A stretch of DNA of 34,506 nt, taken from IMG/VR virus record IMGVR_UViG_3300012231_000032, positions 1 through 34,506 of that record, one strand, 5' to 3'. The notes under the pieces are model-generated. The model was not told where the DNA came from and made no database searches. It was given only the letters and a program-made list of their open reading frames with translations. Position 1 is the first letter of the stretch. Each line of letters begins with the position of its first letter. Shown here piece after piece: positions 25,930 through 34,506 of this stretch. The DNA comes from a virus (lineage: Duplodnaviria > Caudoviricetes). A program made the translations under genes and the position numbers.

Positions 25930-26014
25930 CTTCTGGGAAGACCTCCTCTTCCTAGCTGTTGCCATTGGGGGGGGTCTCTGCGTTGCCTGGGCTATCTATG
26001 GGTTAACCCAATGA
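25913..26014 (+). CDS. 33-aa membrane peptide (MLKPDSFWEDLLFLAVAIGGGLCVAWAIYGLTQ); absent from the ORF track
   Basis: GGAG RBS; TTG start; ATGA overlap with the next gene. Confidence 0.45.
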   Translation: MLKPDSFWEDLLFLAVAIGGGLCVAWAIYGLTQ

Positions 26015-26874
26015 AACTCAACGTCTCCGCAGCAAAAGCCTTCCTCACCGACCAGCTTGACTGGTATTACGCATACCACCTTCGCCGAGTTCCCAAAGGC
26101 CATGTCATGCCCTTGGCCCTTGGCACTGTCTGGCATATCCTCATGGAATACTACGCCAGAACTACCTCCAAAGAAGCTGCCAAACACCAAGCTCAGCTTG
26201 AAATTTACGAAATCCTGAACGAAGCTCCCCAAGATGAATGGGCAGAAGACTTCCAGCAAGAAGTTGAAATGCTTTTCAATCTCTTTGATCTTTACGAGGA
26301 CAATATCACTCCCGACGAAACTCTCCTGATCGAAGAGCCCATCGAGATGCCGCTGGGTGTGCATACCCTCGTCGGGAGACCCGACCGCGTGATCCGATAC
26401 CAAGACAAGTTCTGGCACGTTCAGAACCGGACCCTCTCTGACAGAACAAACATCCCCATCTATCTCGCCGCCGCCGAGCGCGACCTTCACGAGCTTGCTT
26501 ACGCCGCCTTGATTTGCCACAAGTATGGGGTCGAGACAACCGAGTATGGCGGAACTCTTATGAATATCGTCCGTAAGGTTTCCAGGAAGAAACTCGTGGA
26601 GGCACCTAATGCTGCCTTTGTCCAAGAGTTTATTCCCATCTCTCCTGTGCAGGTTCGTGAGGGCCTTCTCGATTTGGAGCAGATTGTCTGTGACATGGCG
26701 GCAATCCTAGACGGCACCCGCCGCGCAGTCTCAAACCGGGACACGGATAAAGGGCGCTTCGGCAACCGCATTTCACCCTACTTCACAGTCAAAATGGGCC
26801 GCATCTCCATCGACGATGACGCCCATTTCAAAACTGTCAAAGACCGCTACGAACCTGAAGTCACAGCAGAATGA
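26011..26874 (+). CDS. PD-(D/E)XK (RecB/Cas4-like) nuclease-fold protein with an altered active site
   Basis: LALGT.WH..ME, E......LG...LVGRPD.V and a downstream EL.YA motif, but HVQNRT where (D/E)xKT is expected. Confidence 0.75.
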   Translation: MKLNVSAAKAFLTDQLDWYYAYHLRRVPKGHVMPLALGTVWHILMEYYARTTSKEAAKHQAQLEIYEILNEAPQDEWAEDFQQEVEMLFNLFDLYEDNITPDETLLIEEPIEMPLGVHTLVGRPDRVIRYQDKFWHVQNRTLSDRTNIPIYLAAAERDLHELAYAALICHKYGVETTEYGGTLMNIVRKVSRKKLVEAPNAAFVQEFIPISPVQVREGLLDLEQIVCDMAAILDGTRRAVSNRDTDKGRFGNRISPYFTVKMGRISIDDDAHFKTVKDRYEPEVTAE

Positions 26875-27323
26875 CCGACCTCTCTCGGAGGCAGCTTCGT
26901 GAATTCCTCTCTACCCATCGCCCTTCTGTCGTTGCAGACATCGGAGGCAAGTCTAGTAGGACTGCTTACGCGGACATATGCCCATCTGACTCCTACGACC
27001 TTCAATCGGAGCCTCCGTTCGATATATGCACCTCGCTCCTTCCTTCTCGATACAGCCACATCATATGCACCGATGTCTTCGAGCACATCTTTGATCCTCT
27101 CTCTGCTGCATCAAACATCTCACTCTCGCTCCTTCCTGGTGGCCGCCTCTTTCTTACCACAGTCTCAAGCTGGCCGGAGCACCGCTATCCGGTTGACACC
27201 TACCGTTTTATGGAGGATGGCCTCCGGTACCTTTTCCGGTCCCTGGAAATCGACCGCTGCTGGTACGAGGACGATCCCGAAGGCGGACGCCGCATTTCTC
27301 TTATCGGAAGAACGCCCGCATGA
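26871..27323 (+). CDS. Class I SAM methyltransferase (Methyltransf_11-like, glycan-locus type)
   Basis: VADIGG, IICTDVFEHI.DP, L.PGG.L.LT and W.EH.YP.D.YRF...GL..LF motifs. Confidence 0.8.
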   Translation: MTDLSRRQLREFLSTHRPSVVADIGGKSSRTAYADICPSDSYDLQSEPPFDICTSLLPSRYSHIICTDVFEHIFDPLSAASNISLSLLPGGRLFLTTVSSWPEHRYPVDTYRFMEDGLRYLFRSLEIDRCWYEDDPEGGRRISLIGRTPA

Positions 27324-28318
27324 AGAAACCGACCCTTAGTATCATTATCCCGACAGCGGGCGGCGGCGACCTCCCATTGACAATCCACTCAATCAATACC
27401 CAAGGTCTAATCGACGGGGACCAGATTCTCGTTATCGGGGATGGCCCCCAGCACGAGGCCCAAGATCAAATCGAAGCCCTCGGCGAGCCCTACCGATTTC
27501 TCTCATGCCAGCAAACGGGGGATTGGGGCCATACTCCCTGCAACTTCGCCCTACCCTTCTGTACGGCAGACTATCTGCTTGTCCAGGGAGACGATGACAT
27601 CTTCCTTCCCAGAGCTTTCGACAAAATCCGTGAAGCCATCCTCGCCAATACAGGCGAGCCCAGGCCGTTAATGTTCCGCTTCTACACCAATGACCGTTGG
27701 CTTGTCTGGGCGGATGAGGATACTCACGAACTCGGCCCTGCCCTTGTTGGGGACCACAATATCATCGCCCCGAACATCCTCAACAAACTCGGACGATGGG
27801 AGACCCATTATCGTGGCGATCTTGGTTACGTCCGTGGCACCGCTGGCTTCTACGGCGGTTCAGCAGGAATGCTTTGGAGGAAAGAGATTATCACTCGCCA
27901 AAGACCTTCTATCTCTCTCTTCGATTGGCCAGTCAGGGAAGGGGAGAAGAATGCGGGCCATTATGCTGTTCTTACGTCAGAAGGGCATAATCTCTGCTCC
28001 GTCAAAGGCAATGCTGGAACTATGGCCCAATATATATTTACCCAACGGGATAATCCCACTGAGAACCCTATTGCCGCTTCTGAATACAGTCTTGCCAACG
28101 ACCTCTTCTGGGCCTCTATTTGGCTTTCTAACGAGCATTTCGGAAAGGGCTTCGGGCGCGAGCTAGTCCAGCATGCCATTGATGCAGCGCATGGGGATTG
28201 CTGGATGTCAGTCGAAAAGAAGGATGCCTCTATCATTCATCTCCTTAACGAGTTCGGATTTTCTCAGAATCGAATCGAGGAAGGCCGCATCCTAATGGTA
28301 CGGAAGTTCCCCCCATGA
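27320..28318 (+). CDS. GT2 (GT-A) glycosyltransferase fused to a C-terminal GNAT-like domain
   Basis: LSIIIPT, ILVIGDG, WGH...N and DYL....DDD motifs; C-terminal HFGKGFGREL...W..V......I.L....GF. Confidence 0.8.
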   Translation: MKKPTLSIIIPTAGGGDLPLTIHSINTQGLIDGDQILVIGDGPQHEAQDQIEALGEPYRFLSCQQTGDWGHTPCNFALPFCTADYLLVQGDDDIFLPRAFDKIREAILANTGEPRPLMFRFYTNDRWLVWADEDTHELGPALVGDHNIIAPNILNKLGRWETHYRGDLGYVRGTAGFYGGSAGMLWRKEIITRQRPSISLFDWPVREGEKNAGHYAVLTSEGHNLCSVKGNAGTMAQYIFTQRDNPTENPIAASEYSLANDLFWASIWLSNEHFGKGFGRELVQHAIDAAHGDCWMSVEKKDASIIHLLNEFGFSQNRIEEGRILMVRKFPP

Positions 28319-29097
28319 GGGCCATGTGGTATGTCAGCCAACACCCAACATGCCTTAATCCGCCGAAACACCTCACGGATGTCACGGCGTGGCACCAGCA
28401 CATCCCCTTCGCATTCTTCATTACCTCGCTTCATCGTCCTTCGCTTATCGTTGAACTCGGGGTCCATGCGGGGGACAGTTACCTCGCCTTTTGCGAGGGA
28501 CTGGTTGCTTGCGGACTTGCAACTTATGGACCCGTGGTTCTTCCGAACACTCGAACCGTACCAGGGACATACCGTGCGGTGGGTATCGACACTTTTACGG
28601 GGGATTCGCACTCAGGCTTCTATCCCCCTGGTGTCCTTGAAATGCTCCGTAAAGCTCATGGCAAAGATTACGGCGCATTTTCCAAACTTCTTGTATCGAC
28701 CTTCGATGCGGCGCAGCCAACTTTCGCAGACGGCAGCATCGACCTCCTCCACATCGACGGCTGCCACACCTACGAGGCGGTGAAACATGACTTCGAGAAC
28801 TGGCTTCCCAAGCTCTCCGACCGGGGAATTGTCCTCTTCCACGATACAGCCATTACCGATAATCCAAGCTTTGGAGTTTGGCGCTTTTGGCGGGAAGTAC
28901 GCAGCCAATTTCCTTCTTTCTCCTTCTCCCACGGAAACGGATTGGGCCTACTTGCGGTGGGTGGCAAACAGGCCGAACCTATTGTGGAACTCTGCCAATC
29001 AGATTCAACTAGCGATGGAGACTGGCTCCGCGACTTCTTTCGCACGCTCGGCAGCCGAATTACGCTAAGTGAGCCCGAACTCTTTGGACGTAGATGA
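28315..29097 (+). CDS. Class I SAM methyltransferase (Methyltransf_24-like)
   Basis: AW..HIPFAF, IVELG...GDSY, IDT..GD.H.G.Y and IDLLHIDG.HTYEAVK.DF..W.PKL...GIVLFHD motifs. Confidence 0.88.
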   Translation: MRAMWYVSQHPTCLNPPKHLTDVTAWHQHIPFAFFITSLHRPSLIVELGVHAGDSYLAFCEGLVACGLATYGPVVLPNTRTVPGTYRAVGIDTFTGDSHSGFYPPGVLEMLRKAHGKDYGAFSKLLVSTFDAAQPTFADGSIDLLHIDGCHTYEAVKHDFENWLPKLSDRGIVLFHDTAITDNPSFGVWRFWREVRSQFPSFSFSHGNGLGLLAVGGKQAEPIVELCQSDSTSDGDWLRDFFRTLGSRITLSEPELFGRR

Positions 29098-30031
29098 GCA
29101 AATCTCCCTCGCTTGGAACGCCCTCGAACCCCCTTCCGGTTCCTCTCTGGCTTGGTTTTCGTTGGGAAATAGACTTGGGGCTGGAGCGACGGATAGGACA
29201 AAGCTCATCGCCGCATTTCGGAACATTTGCTTGGGGAATACTGGGTTCTACAGTGGCTTCTACGTCGGGCTTAACCCCGTCGATTCGGATTGGCGAATCA
29301 GACCATCAGCTTCTAACGTACATTCCATCAATGGTTTCGTTGTTGACATTGACCCGCTTGACCATATGGGGTCAGTTGGAACGAGCAATGCAAAGGAGGT
29401 TCTAGCCCATGCCGAGCATCTCCTTGGAAAAAGGCTTACTCCGCATCACATTGACTCCGGCAGAGGCCGCCAACTATGGCTTTGCCTTGAACCAACCCCA
29501 ATTACTTCGCAAGAAGAAAGAGACTACTGGCGCTCTTGTGTTGGAAATTTCCTCTATCGACTTAGCCAAGACCTCAGAGGCTCCCGAAACTACCGTGTGG
29601 ATACCTCCTGCGCTGATCTTGTCCGGCTTGTCCGGCTCCCCGGCAGTATCAACCAAAAAACCGGGCGCATTGCCCATTTCGTCGAAGTTGGTGGGCGAGA
29701 TAGAGGATTGGGAGAGGCCCTCCGGCAGTTCAGTTCCCTTAGACAGCCAAGGGAACGAGTTACCGTATTAGGGGGTGAGACAATTTGGCAACGCAGATTT
29801 TCTCTCCTGACATTCACCGCACAGCAATTCATTCTTGAAGGAACGGAGGAACCAGGTCGTCACGCAGCCGCTTTCGCAGCAGCAGCAAGTCTCAGAGATG
29901 CGGGAATAGAGCGGCAGGCTGCGGAGATCGCCGTGCTGCGTGGCGCAGCACGTTGCTCCCCACCCCTATCCAAGTACGACGCACGGAGGGCATTCGTAAA
30001 TGGTTTCTGCAAAACGACTTACCCCGGATGA
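29069..30031 (+). CDS. RepB-type (AEP superfamily) DNA primase with a PriCT-like C-terminus
   Basis: Y.GLNP, VVDID, DSGRG.Q.W, D..RL.RLPGS.N.K and GRH...F...CSPPL motifs. Confidence 0.8.
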   Translation: MSPNSLDVDEQISLAWNALEPPSGSSLAWFSLGNRLGAGATDRTKLIAAFRNICLGNTGFYSGFYVGLNPVDSDWRIRPSASNVHSINGFVVDIDPLDHMGSVGTSNAKEVLAHAEHLLGKRLTPHHIDSGRGRQLWLCLEPTPITSQEERDYWRSCVGNFLYRLSQDLRGSRNYRVDTSCADLVRLVRLPGSINQKTGRIAHFVEVGGRDRGLGEALRQFSSLRQPRERVTVLGGETIWQRRFSLLTFTAQQFILEGTEEPGRHAAAFAAAASLRDAGIERQAAEIAVLRGAARCSPPLSKYDARRAFVNGFCKTTYPG

Positions 30032-30206
30032 ACTGGGCAAGATGGAATCGTGGCAACTCCGCCAAATGGCGCTTGACTGTTTCGACGGAGCGAGGTTAGA
30101 TGTGGCTGTGCGAGCCCAAATCCTGTGCCTCGCCGCCATCTCCCGAACGCTTGACCAACTGAATCTCGCTATTTGGAAAGGAGTTCGAGATGTTGAAGCT
30201 CATTGA
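30000..30206 (+). CDS. Hypothetical protein (68 aa)
   Basis: GGAGG upstream; tiles between the primase and NTPase genes. Confidence 0.5.
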   Translation: MVSAKRLTPDELGKMESWQLRQMALDCFDGARLDVAVRAQILCLAAISRTLDQLNLAIWKGVRDVEAH

Positions 30207-31047
30207 ACCTGGGAAGGCGGAGAGGTATGAACGTATCCTCATCTACGGTGACCCTAAGACGGGAAAAACCCGCTTCGCAACTTCTCTCACCGCGCGCTTT
30301 GGTGAATCCCTCTACGTTGCCTCCGATCCCGGTTCCGAAAGCATGTCTTCAGTCCTCACAGCGTATCAGGCACGTTTACATTGTGTTAAGCCAACTGGCG
30401 GCGATACTCCCAAATCTAACCCCCATGTGGACGCTTTTGAAATCGCCACTAGGCTATGGACCAAAGACTTTCCGGAGGTAAAAACACTCGTATGGGACAC
30501 CATGACCGCAACCGCTTTGGATATCCTGCAATACGTCGCAACCTCTGGTCAATTCTCCCAAACAGCGCATGTTGGGTTGGGTACACCTGGCTCGGTAGAA
30601 CACCAGAAGCTACCTATGCAGGGAGACTATATGGCGACGCACAACATCATCTCCCGTTTAATAGACTTTCTTTTCAAGCAGCCTTTGAATCTTATTGTCA
30701 TCTGCCACGCAACTTACGATGAACCTAAAGATGGTGGAGCCGTGGAGGGCGGTCCCGCAACTGCCGGTAAGGCTACGGTGCGTTCCTTCCCCGGTAAGTT
30801 TGACGCGGTTATACGTCTGGCACGTCGGGCCACTGGAGGTGCGTCGCAGGCTGGTGTCGGAATTGCAACTTTCGGAATTGCAACTTCTAGCGTCACGGCT
30901 TACACCGAACGAGTTGGGATTTGGTCCGCAGGAATTCGCAGCGGACATGCCATCAATCCGATGCCGAAGGTTGATCTCGGAAGTGATCCAATCAATTTCT
31001 GGGAACTTTACGACGCTAACTTCATCAAGAAGGAGGTCAAGCCGTGA
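30190..31047 (+). CDS. AAA_24 / Sak4-like phage NTPase (recombinase)
   Basis: ILIYGDPKTGKT, TLVWDT, DY, LIVICH and FD.V..L motifs; AAAGGAG RBS. Confidence 0.82.
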   Translation: MLKLIEPGKAERYERILIYGDPKTGKTRFATSLTARFGESLYVASDPGSESMSSVLTAYQARLHCVKPTGGDTPKSNPHVDAFEIATRLWTKDFPEVKTLVWDTMTATALDILQYVATSGQFSQTAHVGLGTPGSVEHQKLPMQGDYMATHNIISRLIDFLFKQPLNLIVICHATYDEPKDGGAVEGGPATAGKATVRSFPGKFDAVIRLARRATGGASQAGVGIATFGIATSSVTAYTERVGIWSAGIRSGHAINPMPKVDLGSDPINFWELYDANFIKKEVKP

Positions 31048-31637
31048 GTGATTTTTTCGACATTAGTGGCGAGACAATCAAGGCAGCCGAGGCAGCCGCA
31101 GAATTCAAGATGGTTGTGCCGGAGACAGCCAAAGTCACGAAGCGCGGGGATAGCGTCTGGGATGAGCATGGCACAATCAAAGCCGCCTTCTCGGAGGCTC
31201 TTGAAACGATTATCGAGGGAAGGAAGTGCCCCATCCTCCTTCTCCAAGCCGATATCTCCGTGGATGCGGAGGGCAGTGGGAAGAACGCCGGATACTTCCC
31301 GGTACGGTTCAAGGCTCGGATGAATTCTGCGGCAATTGGCTCGAACGCTGATAAGGCGACCCCGATGGGAAAGCAGGCAACAATGACTCGCATATCTATT
31401 GCCCGCCTAAAGGGGATGTTGTCTGCTGCCAACTTCGAGCCTGATCTTGAAGACGGGGGCTATTCCCAGGGTATGCTTGCTTCCCTTTTCCCTCCCGTAA
31501 AGTCATTTACTGGTGAGGTGTCGCCCCTGGTTGGCATAAATCTTTGGTTTCAGGTCAAGCAGGGAGAGTCCGAGGGGCGGGATGGTGGCAAGTTCACGAA
31601 CATCGAAGTCGAGCGTGTGATCTCAGGAGACGTATAA
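31044..31637 (+). CDS. Probable single-stranded DNA-binding protein
   Basis: Follows the Sak4-like gene, the usual SSB position; beta-rich with an LVG..L...V......G..F..I ending; AAGGAGG RBS. Confidence 0.5.
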   Translation: MSDFFDISGETIKAAEAAAEFKMVVPETAKVTKRGDSVWDEHGTIKAAFSEALETIIEGRKCPILLLQADISVDAEGSGKNAGYFPVRFKARMNSAAIGSNADKATPMGKQATMTRISIARLKGMLSAANFEPDLEDGGYSQGMLASLFPPVKSFTGEVSPLVGINLWFQVKQGESEGRDGGKFTNIEVERVISGDV

Positions 31638-31651
31638 CCCAGGAGGACATT

Positions 31652-32191
31652 ATGGCAGGCGATAATGAACTGACCCGAATGGCCCGTGAAGTATCGGAGC
31701 TAAATCGTCGAAGCGGGTTCGCCCGTGAAGACGAGCAACCTACGGATTCGTCGGATTGGTCACCGCCTGCTGCCTCTCCAGAGGAAGGGCCGGGACAGCC
31801 GCAAAAGACTAACAAACCAACGAGTGTCGCCTTGCCCACGGGTAAGGAAACTTCGTCTGGGGGTCTTAGTCGAGGGGGGGAGACAAGTGTTGGGGCTTCT
31901 AACACTGTTCCCACAGCGGACCCCGGCCCCCCTCGTTTTTCCGGTGTGGACCTAGACGCAAAGATAGCTGTGGTCTCGCAATCCAGTGGAATCCCCCTCT
32001 TGGACTCCGAAGTTCAATCTATTGCCGCAATATGCCTCAATGCTCTTCAACGCCACTTTATCGGAGTGTTGACATCCACCGGCTCTACCCACGGCATTGC
32101 AATTAACGTGGAGGAGACCCCTTCCAGGCCCGTTAATGGGCAAATACCAATCCCATTCGAGGAGCCGAAACGTGGCAAGCGTGTTAAATAG
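31652..32191 (+). CDS. Hypothetical protein with a disordered N-terminal half
   Basis: AGGAGG RBS before ATG 31652. Confidence 0.6.
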   Translation: MAGDNELTRMAREVSELNRRSGFAREDEQPTDSSDWSPPAASPEEGPGQPQKTNKPTSVALPTGKETSSGGLSRGGETSVGASNTVPTADPGPPRFSGVDLDAKIAVVSQSSGIPLLDSEVQSIAAICLNALQRHFIGVLTSTGSTHGIAINVEETPSRPVNGQIPIPFEEPKRGKRVK

Positions 32192-32474
32192 GTGTCCGTA
32201 TTGTGAGCGGATCAATGTTCCTGCGGCCCCCCCAACAAGTGATGTTGTGTTCTCCTCTCGATCTATTCCTCCCATAGTCTTTACATCTATGGGTATGTGT
32301 TCGGATTGTGCAGAAGTCGTATCCCGTTTTATCTGCAAGGGGTTGGTGGCATTTCGCGCGGAGCTTGCAAACCTGACAACGCAGCGTGTTGCGGGAGAAC
32401 GCCGTTCGATGACGGCAGGAATGGCAGCATTGGAGGTCGAGGATTTTCTAAAGAGCCTCAAGCTCAATGGATGA
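32181..32474 (+). CDS. Small zinc-finger protein
   Basis: CPYC...GMCSDC motif; GTG start overlapping the upstream gene end. Confidence 0.55.
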   Translation: MLNRCPYCERINVPAAPPTSDVVFSSRSIPPIVFTSMGMCSDCAEVVSRFICKGLVAFRAELANLTTQRVAGERRSMTAGMAALEVEDFLKSLKLNG

Positions 32475-34506
32475 ACCCAAAGTCCTCATTATCGTGGAAG
32501 AAGCATCGGAAGATGGTAGTTTTCCGGGCTCCCGTATGTTCTGGAGCCTTGCGGCGAACGCGGGCCTCTCGTCTAGCATATGCCGCGTTACGACCCCCTC
32601 CGGGTTGGTGGGATTGGACGAGGGTGGCGGAACAGTGGTTGCAGTCTTGGTTGGTGGTAAGGTACTCCGGTTGGTACTCGGAGGAACCCGCTCCATTGAT
32701 GCATCTAGAGGATATGTCTTTTCACCTAAAGACCAATTTCCTGCAAAGAAGCGGGTTCAAGCAGTCGTGGGAACGTACCGCGCTGCCCGCAAAGGCCATC
32801 ACGAAGCGGGCGCGCCGAAACATGGGTGGGTGACAGTTGAAGAGATTGTCAAATTACCCGATAGCATTAGGTGGATTATCCCCGTCCTCTCGCCCGAGTC
32901 TGTTCAACAGTCTGGTTTACGAACTATACCCGCCCTCAAGGCCGACCTTGCCCGAGTGGCGCGGGCTCTTGATGATAAGTTTACTCCCATTGAAGTCCGC
33001 TTCATTTCTTTCCCTGTCGGTCTTGGGACGCTAGAGAATGGCTTTGCCCTTGACATTGAAACTGTGGGAGAAGGGATATCTACTCTCGGCATCTCAAATG
33101 GGGGAACCACTTGGAGTTACCCTTGGAACTTCCAATCTCGAAATATACTCCAACGGTCTATATCAGAAAATGGAGGAAGTGTCATTGGACATAACCTCGC
33201 ATTCGATCTTAGATTTCTTAGAAGAGATGGACTCGATTTCTCCAAATCACGGCTTTTTGACACAATGCTCGCCGCCCACCTCATCCAACCCGACCTCTAC
33301 AAAGGTCTTGAAAAAGTTGCCAGTCTCTACCTCGATGTCAGACCTTGGAAGCACCTGAGCGAGTCAAATCCCGCCCTCTACAATGCCACCGATGTCCGAT
33401 TGACTTGGGAGATCGCGCTGCGACAGCGCGAAGTGCTTCAGAAGATCGGCATGTTGGGCCTGTTTGAAGGCACTATCATGCCCGCCCTCCCGGTCCTCAT
33501 GGGGATGACTGAGCGAGGGATCAAGGTCAGCGAAGAATCTCGTGAGCAATTCCTCGTCGAACTGGTGTCCAACCAACGTAACAAGCTCGCTGAACTCGCT
33601 CTCATAGCTCTAGGGGTCAACCCCCTTTCTCCAGCGCAACTCCGAAATCTGCTCTACAAGAATCTCAAGATATCTCCCCAGCATTCCTATTCCGGCGGCG
33701 AAACCACCGATGAGTCTGCGTTGAAGCAGATTCGCCAGGATTATCCCCAACACCGGAAACTGTTGGACCTTCTTCTGGAGATTCGGAAGATCGTAAAACT
33801 GCGAGGAACGTATGCCGAAGTCGAGCTTGGTTCCGATGGATGTGTTCATCCTGGCTATCTCCCGGCTGGAAAAGAGTCAGAGACCGGTGCGGCGGCTACT
33901 GGCAGACTTGCTTCTTCAAACCCAAATATACAGAATCAACCCCCGGACGCAAGGCATCTTTTCGTTCCTCACCTTTCCAATTGGCTCTTCTTGGAGGCTG
34001 ATTACTCTCAGATCGAACTCCGAATTGCCGCAGAGCTTTCAAACGACCTCGCCTTAAAGGAGGCTTTGACGCACGATGTCCACGCAGAGACCCAGCGCGC
34101 TTTGGGATGTGATCGTGTCCGAGCAAAGAACGTCCTTTTCGGCTCGCTCTATGGGGCTGGACCCAGAAAACTTGCTAGGATACTTCGAGTCCACGGAATT
34201 GATACTAACGAAGCAGAGACCCGACTTCTTCAAGACCGCCTTGCTGCCACTTATCCGCGTCTCTGGGCATGGCGAACAGAAGTTAGCGTCCTTGGCCAGA
34301 GCCAGCGGTATCTTACAAATCCATTTTCTAGGCGGCGCTATTTCTATGGTGGCTCATCGGCAGTTCCCCAGATGATTGATTATCTCCCCCAATCAACCGC
34401 CGCCGACATCATGTGGGAGACCTTTGTTCCTCTCGATACCTTCTGCGAGGCTAACGGGGGGCATCTCGTTACAACGGTTCACGATTCATTCTTGATGGAG
34501 TTTCCG
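32467..34506 (+). CDS. polA: Family A DNA polymerase with a degenerate UDG-like N-terminal domain and 3'-5' exonuclease; partial, absent from the ORF track
   Basis: One open frame from ATG 32467 to the window edge. Exo motifs ALDIET, GHN..FD, DTM and YNATD; polymerase motifs TGRLASSNPNIQN, DYSQIELR, RAKNVLFGSLYG and VHDSF. Confidence 0.93.
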   Translation, partial: MDEPKVLIIVEEASEDGSFPGSRMFWSLAANAGLSSSICRVTTPSGLVGLDEGGGTVVAVLVGGKVLRLVLGGTRSIDASRGYVFSPKDQFPAKKRVQAVVGTYRAARKGHHEAGAPKHGWVTVEEIVKLPDSIRWIIPVLSPESVQQSGLRTIPALKADLARVARALDDKFTPIEVRFISFPVGLGTLENGFALDIETVGEGISTLGISNGGTTWSYPWNFQSRNILQRSISENGGSVIGHNLAFDLRFLRRDGLDFSKSRLFDTMLAAHLIQPDLYKGLEKVASLYLDVRPWKHLSESNPALYNATDVRLTWEIALRQREVLQKIGMLGLFEGTIMPALPVLMGMTERGIKVSEESREQFLVELVSNQRNKLAELALIALGVNPLSPAQLRNLLYKNLKISPQHSYSGGETTDESALKQIRQDYPQHRKLLDLLLEIRKIVKLRGTYAEVELGSDGCVHPGYLPAGKESETGAAATGRLASSNPNIQNQPPDARHLFVPHLSNWLFLEADYSQIELRIAAELSNDLALKEALTHDVHAETQRALGCDRVRAKNVLFGSLYGAGPRKLARILRVHGIDTNEAETRLLQDRLAATYPRLWAWRTEVSVLGQSQRYLTNPFSRRRYFYGGSSAVPQMIDYLPQSTAADIMWETFVPLDTFCEANGGHLVTTVHDSFLMEFP

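Noticed and set aside
14980-29097. Methyltransferases as DNA methylases or a restriction-modification system
   Set aside because: They lack DPPY/NPPY/PCQ catalytic motifs, and their motifs match small-molecule or glycan methyltransferase families.
32297-34375. Short ORFs listed over the right end of the window
   Set aside because: They are alternate-frame or antisense shadows of the continuous polymerase frame starting at 32467.
1-34506. CRISPR array, diversity-generating retroelement, integrase/att site, introns or inteins, stop-codon recoding
   Set aside because: No spaced repeats, reverse transcriptase or recombinase were seen. TerL, capsid and PolA are uninterrupted, and genes tile properly under the standard code using all three stop codons.

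Overview
This window is a fragment of a tailed dsDNA bacteriophage genome with podovirus-like gene content; no host genes, integrase or CRISPR array are visible. Two arms diverge from a ~450-nt non-coding region at 16569-17019. The minus-strand arm carries packaging and virion genes: a TerS-like protein, a CmcI-like methyltransferase, TerL, an RNase H-like exonuclease, endonuclease VII, portal, scaffold, an SU10/DUF5309-type capsid, small proteins, a GT4 glycosyltransferase, adaptor, nozzle, and a tail fibre running off the left edge. The plus-strand arm carries small early genes, a RecA-fold (AAA_25-like) helicase, a DUF6745 gene pair, a secreted FN3-like protein, a tRNA-like RNA, a PD-(D/E)XK protein, a methyltransferase / GT2-GNAT / methyltransferase cassette, a RepB-type primase, an AAA_24 NTPase, a probable SSB, and a family A DNA polymerase with a degenerate UDG-like N-terminal domain running off the right edge. 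Four things stand out: (1) a five-gene glycan-building and decorating toolkit spread over three modules, (2) a tRNA-shaped RNA with no anticodon arm, (3) a promoter-linked three-way-junction RNA, and (4) two apparent pseudo-enzymes in the replication module. All family names come from manual motif recognition, not database searches.
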